This document shows positions 18,777-28,974 of a stretch of 64,000 nucleotides of DNA, one piece after another. Each line of letters begins with the position of its first letter. Position 1 is the first letter of the stretch. Position numbers and translations under genes: made by a program. The DNA comes from Candidatus Bathyarchaeia archaeon. Its GTDB lineage: Archaea > Thermoproteota > Bathyarchaeia > 40CM-2-53-6. The notes beneath the pieces are model-generated. The model was given only the letters and a program-made list of their open reading frames with translations. It had not been told where the DNA came from and did not search any database. The stretch lies in contig JBEKFP010000001.1 in the NCBI GenBank assembly GCA_050013255.1, positions 640,001-704,000 on the forward strand, given 5' to 3'.

Positions 18777-19679
18777 ATGAAGGCGCCCAACATGGACAAC
18801 GTCTCCCTAATCGGCCTTCCACTCTATAGCCTCTCGAAATACCGTGGCATGGCCAAGGCCGTAACGGCCCTCCGCTCAGCTGGAATTGCCGAAACGCTGA
18901 GGAAATCTACTAAGCACTTTACCGATATGGGCGACTGCCATCTATCCGAGATCACCGAGGATTCAGGCCCACCCAACCTCAGAAACTTTCCGCAGTTCCT
19001 ACACGATACGGAAGTTGTGCAAGAAATCGCGGGCAGGGTTGGCGGCAATGATTTCGTCTTCTGCCTCGGCGGGGAATGCACTCTCATTACTGGCACGTTA
19101 GCGGGGTTCAAGAATAGGTTCAAAGGGAAACCTGGAATGCTCTGGGTGGACGCCCACGGCGACTTCAACACACCCGAAACAACTAGCTCAGGGTTCCTCG
19201 GTGGGATGCCTCTCGCGTTCGCCTGCGGCCGCGGCCCCAAACTTACCCAGAGCGTGGAACACGCACGGCCGTTGCTTGAAGAGGAGAACGTTGTGCACTT
19301 GGCGAGCAGGTCCGTTGACCCTCTCGAATTCGAAGCCATGTCATCCTCACCAATGAAAGTCTACTCCGACTCAACCGCACACAAGGAAGGTGTACCGAAA
19401 GTAGCCGCGGAGGCAGCAGCTTACCTCGCGGATCACTCCGACTGGATAACCTGCCACCTAGACGTGGATTCAATCGACCCCACAATCATCCCCGCAGTAA
19501 ACTACCCCGAACCGGGCGGCCTAAGCCTCGAAGAAGTCAAAACGGTTGTAAGGGCACTGCGGGGAACTGGTAAATTGAAAGTCTTCAACCTCACAGCCTA
19601 CAACCCAACATTAGACCAAAACCAAGCCTCAGCCCAGAAGCTTCTAACACTGGTCGCGGAACTGATGAGCAATCCATAG
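18777..19679 (+). CDS. Arginase/ureohydrolase family protein (divergent)
   Basis: DAHGDFNTP and HLDVDSIDP motifs; GGECT replaces GGDHS. Confidence 0.85.
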   Translation: MKAPNMDNVSLIGLPLYSLSKYRGMAKAVTALRSAGIAETLRKSTKHFTDMGDCHLSEITEDSGPPNLRNFPQFLHDTEVVQEIAGRVGGNDFVFCLGGECTLITGTLAGFKNRFKGKPGMLWVDAHGDFNTPETTSSGFLGGMPLAFACGRGPKLTQSVEHARPLLEEENVVHLASRSVDPLEFEAMSSSPMKVYSDSTAHKEGVPKVAAEAAAYLADHSDWITCHLDVDSIDPTIIPAVNYPEPGGLSLEEVKTVVRALRGTGKLKVFNLTAYNPTLDQNQASAQKLLTLVAELMSNP

Positions 19680-19705
19680 AACAGGGCGAAAGTTAGGAAT
19701 CGTCT

Positions 19706-20260
19706 ATGTTCATTGGGCGAGTTGTATCCGTTAACGTTGGGTTAGCCAGGGATGTGGTTTGGAACGACCACAGCGTGAGTACTGGGATATTCAAAGAGCC
19801 GGTAGCGGGACGGGTGAGAGTTCGTACGTTAGGGTTGGAGGGCGACCGGCAGGCTGACCTCACGGTTCACGGGGGGCCCGAGAAAGCTGTGTACGCATAC
19901 CCATCAGAGCACTATGAGTTCTGGAAGAAAGAATTGGGCCGAACATCAATGATGTGGGGGATGTTTGGTGAGAACTTGACGACGCAAGGACTCCTCGAAG
20001 ACACAGCCCGCCTGGGGGATGAGTATCGTGTCGGTTCTGCGACTGTTGTGGTGACGCGCCCACGCTTCCCATGCTATAAACTCGGCATCAAATTCGGAAC
20101 GATGGAGATGGTAAAATGGTTTCAGGGAAGCGGCCGGAGCGGCTTCTACCTTTCCGTTAGGCAAGAAGGAGACGTAGGGGTAGGGGATAGGATTGAGCTA
20201 ATCTCCAGTAACAAATCGAAACCGAGAATCTCAGAGGTCTTCTTGGAGCGAGTGGAATAA
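19706..20260 (+). CDS. MOSC-domain (YiiM-like) protein
   Basis: GD.QAD..VHGG..KAVY, FGENLT, PRFPCYKL. Confidence 0.92.
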   Translation: MFIGRVVSVNVGLARDVVWNDHSVSTGIFKEPVAGRVRVRTLGLEGDRQADLTVHGGPEKAVYAYPSEHYEFWKKELGRTSMMWGMFGENLTTQGLLEDTARLGDEYRVGSATVVVTRPRFPCYKLGIKFGTMEMVKWFQGSGRSGFYLSVRQEGDVGVGDRIELISSNKSKPRISEVFLERVE

Positions 20261-20297
20261 GATAATGCGCGCGGCAAAGGATCGTAGCGACCCGCCG

Positions 20298-21062
20298 TCA
20301 AGCGTAACGGTTTAGGAATGGGATCGTGGCTAGCCCGGATTCGCCTGCGATTATTCTCTTGAAGTCTAGCTTTGGGCCGTTCACGATCTTCAGCCACGCG
20401 CGATACTGTCCCTTGTTGATTTCGACCATGTTGTATGAGTTGGAGAAAAAGCCGCGGAGGCGTTCGGATGATAGGCTGCCGGCGTGAATTATGGGGATGC
20501 GGTTTAGAGCCCATTTCCACGGCCTGTGCCTGTGGCCGCAGAGAACCAAGCCTATCCCAGACCGGTCCAAGGCGCGAAGAACATCCCCCGCGTCCAAGAT
20601 CGGAATCGTGTTCGGCCCCGTATCCGGGACGGGGACTAAGTGGTGGTGCATCATCACGAGCTTGAATCTTCTTCTCTCCCGCCGTAGAAGGTTTTCAAGC
20701 CAAACGATTTGCCTGTGCCCCGCTTCACCATCATTTCGTTCTGGTCGGGCTGTACCTAAGGTCGCGACCAAGAGATCCCTTGTTTTTAACACTGGTTTTG
20801 AAGGGAAGAATCGCCGAAATAGCAAGTATCCCGTGCTGCGGTAGTCGTGGTTGCCGCTCGTGTAAAGCCGACGTCTGCAAGTGAACTGCTTCATCAACTC
20901 AGCGGCGCCCTCGTACTGTGACAGTAAACCGTTCTCGGTGAGGTCGCCAGTCACCAAAAGAAGGTCGGGGTCGAGTTCATTGATCTCATCAACCGCACGG
21001 TGGAAGACGTCGTCCCGAAACTCGGGACCAACGTGTATGTCGGAAATTTGGATAATGAGCAA
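20298..21062 (-). CDS. Calcineurin-like metallophosphoesterase
   Basis: DIH, GDLT, GNHD, HHH, GHRH. Confidence 0.92.
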   Translation of the reverse strand: MLIIQISDIHVGPEFRDDVFHRAVDEINELDPDLLLVTGDLTENGLLSQYEGAAELMKQFTCRRRLYTSGNHDYRSTGYLLFRRFFPSKPVLKTRDLLVATLGTARPERNDGEAGHRQIVWLENLLRRERRRFKLVMMHHHLVPVPDTGPNTIPILDAGDVLRALDRSGIGLVLCGHRHRPWKWALNRIPIIHAGSLSSERLRGFFSNSYNMVEINKGQYRAWLKIVNGPKLDFKRIIAGESGLATIPFLNRYA

Positions 21063-21160
21063 ATCAAGCCCACCTGCTTACCATGCGCCAGTTTAGTCCT
21101 CTTCCCGACTAGCTCTCTTAAGAGCATGTGTAGAAACATAGTTTTTGCCGGCGGTAAGAG

Positions 21161-21514
21161 ATGGCGCGAGAGTCGGACCAGGCCTTTGGGTTTCAGATTT
21201 GCCGGGAATGTGGATCCCGTATCAGGCAAGAATACAACTACTGCGAAAAATGCGGAACCCCGATAGACATGCCCCAAACGGGCGAATCGTGTGGCAACTG
21301 CGGCGCCACCCCCTACCCTGAAGATAGGTTCTGCACGAAATGCGGGTCGCCCCTACACAAACAGCCAACCAAAACGCCCTTGCCGAACGCCGCGAAAGCT
21401 GTACTAGCAATCGCTCTCCTGATTCCAGTCGCCGCGCTTGCCTACTACCAATTGTGGGGTTGGGTGTCGGTTGGCGTTGGATTGTGGGTTCTAGGCTTAC
21501 TAACCATCACATGA
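21161..21514 (+). CDS. Double zinc-ribbon membrane protein
   Basis: Four CxxC motifs and a C-terminal hydrophobic hairpin. Confidence 0.8.
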   Translation: MARESDQAFGFQICRECGSRIRQEYNYCEKCGTPIDMPQTGESCGNCGATPYPEDRFCTKCGSPLHKQPTKTPLPNAAKAVLAIALLIPVAALAYYQLWGWVSVGVGLWVLGLLTIT

Positions 21515-21614
21515 CCAGGCAGCCTTGCTGCGCGAGTTTACTGTGCGGGTTGGGCGATAGCTCGGAGCATTTAAGAAGATGGCCCAGCCGACCTAGCCGA
21601 GTCGAGGCCACAGT

Positions 21615-21896
21615 TTGATTACCGCTTTCGTTATGATGAACGCTGAACGGGACCGCATAGCAGTAGTCCCCGACGAACTTCTAAAAATCAGTGGAGTCAC
21701 AGAGGTTTACTCCGTTGCGGGCGACTATGACCTCGTAGCCATAGTTCGCGTCAAGGAAGCTGAAGACTTAGCTAAGGTGGTAACCGAAGGGTTCGTGAAA
21801 GTCCGCGGCATAACACGGACGATGACGCTCATAGCCTTCCGCTGCTACAGCAACTACGACCTAGACCACATGTTCCAGATAGGATTCAAAGGCTAA
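21615..21896 (+). CDS. Stand-alone Lrp/AsnC ligand-binding (RAM) domain
   Basis: GVTEVYSVAGDYDLVAIVR...GITRT.TLI; no HTH. Confidence 0.88.
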   Translation: MITAFVMMNAERDRIAVVPDELLKISGVTEVYSVAGDYDLVAIVRVKEAEDLAKVVTEGFVKVRGITRTMTLIAFRCYSNYDLDHMFQIGFKG

Positions 21897-22864
21897 CCGT
21901 ACTTCGCTAGGACTGAGGCCAGAGTTTTCAGTGAAACGTTCCCCCCACTCACAACCAAAACAACGTTCTCCCCGGCCTTAGGATGGACTTTCTCGAGTAG
22001 TGCCGCTATAACCGCGGCCGCTGAAGGTTCAATTGCCAAGTGACAATCATTCAGCGCGGTGAAAACTGCTTTCTCTATCTGTTCTTCGCTTACTAAGATT
22101 ATGTCGTCGACGTATCGTTTGACTATTTCGTAAGTTAGCGAACCGGGCTCGCGTGTGGCAAGCCCGTCGGCGATCGAAGTTGTGTCGGAGAGGCGTGTGA
22201 TTTTGCCGCTTCTAATGGATTGATACATGGAGGATGCCTTCTCCGGTTCAACGCCCAGCACCTTCACACTCGGTTTGAGGCTTTTGACTGCAGTGGCAAT
22301 TCCTGAGATGAGGCCACCCCCACCGATGGGTACGATCACCATGTTGACGTCGGGTAAGTCTTCGCAAATTTCCAGGCCGGCCGTTCCTTGCCCAGCGATA
22401 ATGTCTGGGTCGTCGAAGGGCGGAATTAGGATGGCTCCGGTGGCCTTCTGAATTTCCAACGCCTTCTCGAAGCGTTCATCGTGGAAGAGCCCGTGCTTGA
22501 CGACCGTAGCCCCGTATTCCTCGATCGCCTTAACCTTCTCCACCACCGCGTTCGTTGGAACCACAATGGTCGCGTGGGTGCCGGTCAATTTCGCGAGGTA
22601 TGATACGGCTAAGCCGTGGTTGCCTGAGGATGCGGCGATTAAGCCGCGTTTGAGCTCCTCGGGGTTGAGTTTGAGGATTTTGTTGGCTGCGCCGCGGATT
22701 TTGAAGACTCGGATGGGTTGGTAGGATTCGAGTTTCAGGTAAACGTTCGCGTTTGTCAGCGCGCTCAGCCGGGGCGAGAGGTATAGTGGCGTGCGGTATG
22801 CGACGTTTACGATGCGGGCTTTTGCTTCTTGAATTTCTTTGAGAGTAACTGGTGGGTTGTTCAT
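21893..22864 (-). CDS. Threonine/serine dehydratase (PLP-dependent)
   Basis: FKIRGA, SSGNHG, PIGGGGL, SGGN; no ACT domain. Confidence 0.92.
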   Translation of the reverse strand: MNNPPVTLKEIQEAKARIVNVAYRTPLYLSPRLSALTNANVYLKLESYQPIRVFKIRGAANKILKLNPEELKRGLIAASSGNHGLAVSYLAKLTGTHATIVVPTNAVVEKVKAIEEYGATVVKHGLFHDERFEKALEIQKATGAILIPPFDDPDIIAGQGTAGLEICEDLPDVNMVIVPIGGGGLISGIATAVKSLKPSVKVLGVEPEKASSMYQSIRSGKITRLSDTTSIADGLATREPGSLTYEIVKRYVDDIILVSEEQIEKAVFTALNDCHLAIEPSAAAVIAALLEKVHPKAGENVVLVVSGGNVSLKTLASVLAKYG

Positions 22865-23310
22865 GGCCCCGCGGACCTTGTGCTGCTCGTGGACGCGGCG
22901 ACCGAGAGTTTCCCCTTACCTAAGTAGCTTTGAACGCGGGGCTGCATAAGGTAATACATTATCACCAAGTTCAGAACCAGCGCTATAGCCTCGCCCACAC
23001 GAGGCCTCATGAATAGTGTAAAGGCTGAAAAAACAAGGCCAATCACAGCGAAGATCAGGGATCCAATCCACGCCCAACCCTTCCCCTTCCACAACCCATA
23101 AGCAAGAATGAACTCAACGAAAGCGAAAACAAACAACGCCAACCCGGAACCCATTGACCTTGGTGCAAAGAACCTCACATGCGGAAACATTTCCGGGAGA
23201 ACGAAACTAACGAAGGCCACGGCAACTGCACCTAGGAGTTCAAGAATTCCTAGGATAATTTGCAGAACGGCTAAGAGTGTGATGCCAAATGGGCGGGTTG
23301 TGTGTGGCAA
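22861..23310 (-). CDS. 4-TM membrane protein
   Basis: RPFGITLLA...YGLWKGK.WAW...YL.QP.V. Confidence 0.75.
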   Translation of the reverse strand: MPHTTRPFGITLLAVLQIILGILELLGAVAVAFVSFVLPEMFPHVRFFAPRSMGSGLALFVFAFVEFILAYGLWKGKGWAWIGSLIFAVIGLVFSAFTLFMRPRVGEAIALVLNLVIMYYLMQPRVQSYLGKGKLSVAASTSSTRSAGP

Positions 23311-23321
23311 TGCGAACTAGC

Positions 23322-23453
23322 CTATTTGCCTGTTTTGCCTTGCAGGGACAAAAGCTGCCTTATCTGTTCAGCAAGCTTCTTCCGTTCAGCTTCGTCCTTC
23401 GAAGACATCCACTGCAACTTCAGGTAGAAGACATCTTTGTCCTTTGAAGGCAT
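23322..23453 (-). CDS. Possible 43-aa hypothetical protein
   Basis: MPSKDKDVFYLKLQWMSSKDEAERKKLAEQIRQLLSLQGKTGK*; ends 11 bp before the next co-oriented gene. Confidence 0.45.
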   Translation of the reverse strand: MPSKDKDVFYLKLQWMSSKDEAERKKLAEQIRQLLSLQGKTGK

Positions 23454-23626
23454 TAGCGTCGCCTGAAACTAGATGCATTTTGAGTGGCGCAACAGTTCGA
23501 GAATGCGAAATATAACCTTAGACCGACGGCGCCACGCTTGCCTTCAAACAGAAACGCTTGAACAATTTCCGGTACGTCCCGTAACTGAGCGGCTTTATTC
23601 CGGCCTCGACGTGTTGGAATCCCGTG

Positions 23627-23914
23627 CTAACCTTTCACTGTGGCGGCGAATTCGTTCAACGTCATTGCTGGAAGCGTAGTAATCTCTACGGTTCCCCTTG
23701 AGCCAAGTTCCACTGAAACCTTGACCACCGTTTTGTTGTCTGGTGCGTCAACGATGTTAACGAAATCGTAGGCACCGAGCGTAGCGTATTGTGAGAGAAC
23801 TTTTGCTCCGAATTTTTCGATTTCTTTGTTGACTTCTTGGATGCGCCCTGGGTTCTCGCGTACTGTCTTCCGGCCTTCGGCTGTCAACTTCGAGAGCAGA
23901 ATGTAAACTGCCAA
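23627..23914 (-). CDS. GYD-domain protein
   Basis: YILLSKLT.EG...YATLGAYDFV.IVDAPD; TTG start chosen. Confidence 0.85.
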   Translation of the reverse strand: MAVYILLSKLTAEGRKTVRENPGRIQEVNKEIEKFGAKVLSQYATLGAYDFVNIVDAPDNKTVVKVSVELGSRGTVEITTLPAMTLNEFAATVKG

Positions 23915-23978
23915 GCTGTCTCCCTGCCTACAAGCTGGGCTCAACGCATTTGGAACTTTCTGTCCCCGACTCAAGTCT

Positions 23979-24422
23979 CTACTTCAAGGTTCTCCGCATT
24001 GCAACCGCAGACGCACACATCTCTCCAAACTCAACCGAGGCCTTAACACCCTCGTCAACGTCTTTTCGGTCAACGACTTCGAAACCGAAGCCGCCAAAAT
24101 AAGACTCAGCGTTATCGGTTAGCAAGTAGACCGTTTCGACGCCTTTCGACTTGGCATTCCTGAGCACCGCGTTTACTAAGGCTCGGCCCTGGCCCATGCC
24201 CCTAAACCGCCCATCAACTGCAACGGACCTCAATAGCCCGCCCTTACCGTAAACCTCAAGCCCAGCAATGCCAACCCAAGAACCGTTCTTGTCTTGAGCG
24301 ATGACGAAATTCTCAACACATTTGTCGACCCCAGATGTCGGCAACCCGTTCTCCTCAAGGAAACGGGAAATTTCTGCCAGGTCGCCCTTCATGGCATGCC
24401 TAATGCGGACGTCGGCCAACAT
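23979..24422 (-). CDS. GNAT acetyltransferase (ArsN2-like)
   Basis: LLRSVAV...RG.G.G..LV, YLLT..AE.YF..FGF, S.EF...C..A..M. Confidence 0.8.
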   Translation of the reverse strand: MLADVRIRHAMKGDLAEISRFLEENGLPTSGVDKCVENFVIAQDKNGSWVGIAGLEVYGKGGLLRSVAVDGRFRGMGQGRALVNAVLRNAKSKGVETVYLLTDNAESYFGGFGFEVVDRKDVDEGVKASVEFGEMCASAVAMRRTLK

Positions 24423-24492
24423 GGCTAAGTCAGGCGTTTGTTCTCTTCACTGGAATGAAAATCATTCGAAGGGACAACGCAAGGCGTTCAAT

Positions 24493-25038
24493 GTGCCACA
24501 CAAGAATCTTCCCCGTCCAGTGATCATAGTGTACCGGCGGCTTCCCAACGGTATACGGCAGTTGCCAGGGGTTCTCCGGCAAGTTTCTGCCGCAAGGTTG
24601 GTGATTGAAAGCCCGATAGTAGTTGAACGGCCGCAGCGAGTATTGGGCCGCGTCATAGCAGATTCAGGGTTCTTGGCGATCTGGTTCCTTTACAGGAATA
24701 CGTGGTATGATGTGGGCAAATTCTACGACCGGCAGCGCAACCTAGTTGGATACTACTGCGACATCATCAAACCACTAAACAAACTTCTACGAACGCCGGA
24801 GAAGACTAGCAGGATCACCGACCTCTTCCTCGACCTCTGGATAACGCCGGAAGAGGACTACGTTGTCCTCGATGAAGACGAATTCGAAGAGGCCTTAGAG
24901 CATGGACACCTGCCCAAGAACATCGCAGACCAAGCAAGGAAGCAAATGGATTCGCTAATTCAAAAGGTCAAAGCGAGACGTTTTCCCCTACTCTCTACTC
25001 AAAAAGTGGAACCGTCCACGGAACGGACTTCAAAATGA
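24493..25038 (+). CDS. DUF402-family protein
   Basis: GYYCDI...TDLFLDLWI...VLDEDEF; start moved downstream to avoid overlap with the GNAT gene. Confidence 0.8.
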   Translation: MPHKNLPRPVIIVYRRLPNGIRQLPGVLRQVSAARLVIESPIVVERPQRVLGRVIADSGFLAIWFLYRNTWYDVGKFYDRQRNLVGYYCDIIKPLNKLLRTPEKTSRITDLFLDLWITPEEDYVVLDEDEFEEALEHGHLPKNIADQARKQMDSLIQKVKARRFPLLSTQKVEPSTERTSK

Positions 25039-25106
25039 CCCCAAGACCAAGACAGTTATCAGATCCAAGGGAAGCATAGCTCTCCCTGAATGAAGAAGAT
25101 CGATTT

Positions 25107-27068
25107 ATGCCCCAACAAATAGTTGCGCCTTATGGCTCTTGGAAATCACCCATCACACCAGACCTGATAGTTGCAGAAACTATCTCGCTTGGAATCCCGC
25201 CAATCATACTTGACAGGGATGATGTATACTGGACAGAGTCTCGGCCAGCCGATGCTGGAAGATACGTCATCGTCAGACATTCTGCGAAGGGGAAAACCAC
25301 TGACATCACACCGAAAACATTCAACGCACGCACCACAGTCCACGAATATGGCGGCGGTTCTTACACCGTCGCAAATGGTGTGGTCTACTTTACGAATTTC
25401 GAGGATCAACGCGTGTACAAACAAGAACCTAACACCAATCCTACACCAATTACACCCGAGGTTCATTATCGATACGCGGATTTTGCCTTTGACCGGCATC
25501 GCGGATTGTTAGTTTGTGTGCGCGAAGATCACACTGCTGCTGGCCAGGCTGTCAACACGTTGGTGAGCCTCGACCCCGCTCGACATGATGGCGGGCGAGT
25601 GCTGATCTCAGGCAACGACTTCTATTCGTCACCTCGCATCAGCCCGGATCGGACGCGGCTCGCTTGGCTCACGTGGAACCATCCGAACATGCCTTGGGAC
25701 GCAACGGAACTTTGGGTAGGTGAACTCAAGGATAACGGAACTTTGGGCAATACAGAACGAGTGGCAGGCGGTGTCAGTGAATCTATCTTCCAGCCAGAAT
25801 GGTCACCAGCCGGCGTCCTTCACTTTGTTTCGGACCGAACTGGATGGTGGAACATATACCGCTGGCGCGAGGACCCTCCGCCCTCACGAATTGAGCAACT
25901 CTGCGAGATGGCTGCCGAGTTTGGAGTTCCTCAATGGGTCTTTGGAAGGTCCACCTACGGATTCGAATCAGCGGACCGCATTATTTGCACGTACATCAAG
26001 CAAGCGACTTCCCACCTAGCCAGTCTGAACGCTGTCACTGGAAAACTGGATACGATTGAAACGCCCTATTGGGGAATACGAAATCTTCTGGTTTCACCTG
26101 GGCGTGCGACATTTGTGGCTGACTCGCCCACCGAACCAACAGCAATAGTTCAGTTAGATCTTGACGGAGGTAGGCTGGAGGTCTTGCGCCGGTCAAGCGA
26201 TATTTCCATTGATCCAGGTTACCTTTCGGCTCCACAGGAGGTCGAATTCCCAACTGAGAATGGACTAACGGCATTTGGACTCTTCTACCCGCCTAAGAAT
26301 CGCGACTACACCGCGCCAGACACCAAGCCCCCCCTGCTCGTCGAAAGCCACGGGGGACCAACGAGTGCCGTTTGGACTGGTCTGGACTTAGAGGGGATCC
26401 AATATTGGACCAGTCGAGGATTTGCGGTACTTGACGTGAATTATGGTGGCAGTACCGGTTATGGTCGAGCATATCGGGAGCGGTTGAAGGGCAAGTGGGG
26501 AGTTGTGGACGTCGACGACTGCGTGAACGGAGCACTCTATCTCGTACGGCAGGGCGAAGCAGATGGGAATCGGCTCATCATTCGTGGAGGAAGCGCCGGC
26601 GGTTACACCACGCTTGCCGCGCTCACGTTCCGGAGTGTCTTCAAAGCCGGCGCCAGCTACTTTGGTGTCAGCGACTTGGAAGCATTGGAAAAGGATACTC
26701 ACAAATTCGAATCGCGTTACAGCGACAGCCTCGTTGGCCCATATCCGGAAAGGCGCGACCTCTACATGGAACGTTCGCCCATTCATTTCACTGATCGAAT
26801 ATCATGTCCAATCATATTCTTTCAAGGACTTGAGGACAAGGTTGTTCCCCCAGCGCAGTCTGTGAAGATGTTCGAGGCCCTCCGCTCGAAAGGCCTGCCG
26901 ACCGCATACGTTCCATTCGAAGGGGAACAGCATGGCTTCCGTAAAGGCGAAACTATCAAACGCGCGCTTGAGGCTGAACTCTACTTCTACTCAAAGGTAT
27001 TGGGTTTCGAGCTAGCAGAACGAGTGGAACCAGTGCACATTGAAAACTTACCAGCACACACCACATAA
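25107..27068 (+). CDS. S9 (prolyl oligopeptidase family) peptidase
   Basis: APYGSW.SP, HGGPT, GGSAGG, D..VP, EQHGF. Confidence 0.95.
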   Translation: MPQQIVAPYGSWKSPITPDLIVAETISLGIPPIILDRDDVYWTESRPADAGRYVIVRHSAKGKTTDITPKTFNARTTVHEYGGGSYTVANGVVYFTNFEDQRVYKQEPNTNPTPITPEVHYRYADFAFDRHRGLLVCVREDHTAAGQAVNTLVSLDPARHDGGRVLISGNDFYSSPRISPDRTRLAWLTWNHPNMPWDATELWVGELKDNGTLGNTERVAGGVSESIFQPEWSPAGVLHFVSDRTGWWNIYRWREDPPPSRIEQLCEMAAEFGVPQWVFGRSTYGFESADRIICTYIKQATSHLASLNAVTGKLDTIETPYWGIRNLLVSPGRATFVADSPTEPTAIVQLDLDGGRLEVLRRSSDISIDPGYLSAPQEVEFPTENGLTAFGLFYPPKNRDYTAPDTKPPLLVESHGGPTSAVWTGLDLEGIQYWTSRGFAVLDVNYGGSTGYGRAYRERLKGKWGVVDVDDCVNGALYLVRQGEADGNRLIIRGGSAGGYTTLAALTFRSVFKAGASYFGVSDLEALEKDTHKFESRYSDSLVGPYPERRDLYMERSPIHFTDRISCPIIFFQGLEDKVVPPAQSVKMFEALRSKGLPTAYVPFEGEQHGFRKGETIKRALEAELYFYSKVLGFELAERVEPVHIENLPAHTT

Positions 27069-27134
27069 GTTGAAGGCGAGCAATACTGGGAAAACTATTA
27101 CGTGCGGAAGGGCAATGCCTGCGGGTGAAGAGGA

Positions 27135-27542
27135 ATGATAGATTTCACCACGAAGCTCGGTGTCAGTGCAGCTAAACGTCTCCAGACCGAACATCTCATT
27201 TGGCTAACAACCACATCATCAAATGGAACGCCTCAACCCAACCCCGTCTGGTTCTACTGGGACGGAGAAAGTATTCTGATATACAGCCAACCTGCCTCTT
27301 TCAAGTTAGGGAACATTCGCCGTAACCCAAAGGTGTCATTAAACTTCAACGCGGACGAAGAAGGAGGCAACATCATCGTCCTAACAGGCGTTGCGTCCAT
27401 AGACGAGAACCCCAAGCATGATTCAAGATTCATAGAGAAGTACCGTGAAGCAATCCCCAAAATCGAACATACAGCGGAGAGCCTTGCTGCCGCCTACAGC
27501 GTTCAGATCCGAATCATACCAAGCAACCTACGCGGCTTCTGA
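27135..27542 (+). CDS. PPOX-class (possibly F420-dependent) oxidoreductase
   Basis: WLTT...GTPQPNPVWF...K..NI.RNP.VSL. Confidence 0.85.
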   Translation: MIDFTTKLGVSAAKRLQTEHLIWLTTTSSNGTPQPNPVWFYWDGESILIYSQPASFKLGNIRRNPKVSLNFNADEEGGNIIVLTGVASIDENPKHDSRFIEKYREAIPKIEHTAESLAAAYSVQIRIIPSNLRGF

Positions 27543-27615
27543 GCCGACCTCCTTCCATTGATTGATTCCTTCGCAGATCCGGAATACGAACCTGCCCACG
27601 ATCTTGACTGCCCTT

Positions 27616-28545
27616 TCACGCATTGAACGTTTTAGTTTCCGTTGACGCTATCGCCGCCAAACTGTCGCTCTTCCACGCCCATGCCACATCGCTAAAGAAA
27701 AAATCTGGAGCACTGAAGATCGAGTTCAGAGATTTGCCGTTCCAGAAGAAGACCATTCCCTTAGCCATTCCAACCTGCGCGGTTGCCGTCACAATTGCCG
27801 CGATGTCGGCCGAGGGCTTCCAAGCGACGGCGACTGGGTAGACGTGCTTATTCTCGAACGGGACGGGTGAAACGGTCGTCCCGTTGAAATCGCCAATAAA
27901 CCCAGTATGCCAAACAACATCATACCCCACAACCAACGCCGACTCTCCAGTCCGCATCCAATCTACGCCGATAAGGTCCAGGCGTCCCTCGTTCAATGGT
28001 CTTACGATGCCCGTTTCAGCCTCGTAACTGAAGAGGTTAGGTGATGGGATGAATTCCTCGGCAAAGCAGTTGGATGAAATTAATGCGCTGCCGGATTTTG
28101 GCCGCCACGAAATATCCCGCAGATTCGCCCTTCCCGCGTCCACCATCACAACCTGTCCGTTTGTGAACTTGAACAAGGTCCCGTTATTACCGGCAAGAAG
28201 GGCCACGGAGCCATCATGGTTCCACGCCACCGTGCGGAGGTTTTCGAAGGTGGGCACCGTTATCTTCGTAAACCGTTCTCCGTCGAGAAGCAAAACTGTC
28301 CCAGCGTTACCAACAATTAACGCCGTTCCATCCGTGGGATTCACGGATACAGCCCTGAGGTTATGCCGCGTCCCAGAATCAATAGAAATAGGCCTGTCGC
28401 CCTGAACCTTTAGAACTCGGCCACCGTTGCCCACAATGATCGGAAACCGGTCCTGTCGGTCCCAAGCGAGCCCTCGAAGATGGCCCTGCAGGTTTACGGT
28501 ATGCAGGTCTTTCCCGTCGTAATAGAGCAGCTTCGAGGCCAACAA
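27616..28545 (-). CDS. Beta-propeller repeat protein
   Basis: Repeats of NLR.V.W.......L.VGN.G. Confidence 0.75.
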   Translation of the reverse strand: MLASKLLYYDGKDLHTVNLQGHLRGLAWDRQDRFPIIVGNGGRVLKVQGDRPISIDSGTRHNLRAVSVNPTDGTALIVGNAGTVLLLDGERFTKITVPTFENLRTVAWNHDGSVALLAGNNGTLFKFTNGQVVMVDAGRANLRDISWRPKSGSALISSNCFAEEFIPSPNLFSYEAETGIVRPLNEGRLDLIGVDWMRTGESALVVGYDVVWHTGFIGDFNGTTVSPVPFENKHVYPVAVAWKPSADIAAIVTATAQVGMAKGMVFFWNGKSLNSIFSAPDFFFSDVAWAWKSDSLAAIASTETKTFNA

Positions 28546-28603
28546 ATCACAACCAAGGTGCGCTGCTTCTCTCGCTCAGCCCAAGAGTAGATTTGAAAGC
28601 AAT

Positions 28604-28959
28604 AGTTCTGTTAACTTGCCGGCCCATTGGTTTCACCAATCTCTCATCCCTAAAGGTTAGAGGTGCCGGTAAGGAGCCTTGTCATCAGTTGATGAAGACT
28701 GCTCATTAGGTGATATGTGGGTTCTAAACCCGAAAGCTGAGCGGTCCGATGTTGGGTAAAGGTTGCTCCGACCAAGCGTAAAACCCTGACTTGCGAAGGG
28801 TCTAGCTGGCTTCGTGAATGCGAAGCGAGAGCCGTGAGGTTCGCGGCCGTCGCGTCTGCAACTGAAGCGATGGTACAGGAACCGCTGACTGAGCGCAATC
28901 CTGAAAGTCGATGCAGATGAGTTGACTCGGAAGCCAAGAGCCGAAGAGTTAACAGAACC
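28604..28959. mobile_element. Non-autonomous IS6-like mini-element 1 (356 bp, structured non-coding interior)
   Basis: Terminal IRs (A)GTTCTGTTAACT / AGTTAACAGAACC; flanking direct repeat AAAGCAAT at 28596-28603 and 28960-28967. Confidence 0.8.
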
Positions 28960-28974
28960 AAAGCAATATTAAGA

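Noticed and set aside
28604-28970. RNase P RNA (AGATGA...AACAGAA near the 3' end)
   Set aside because: No GAGGAAAGTCC-type 5' P4 strand and no GGCTTA; AACAGAAC is explained by the terminal inverted repeat.
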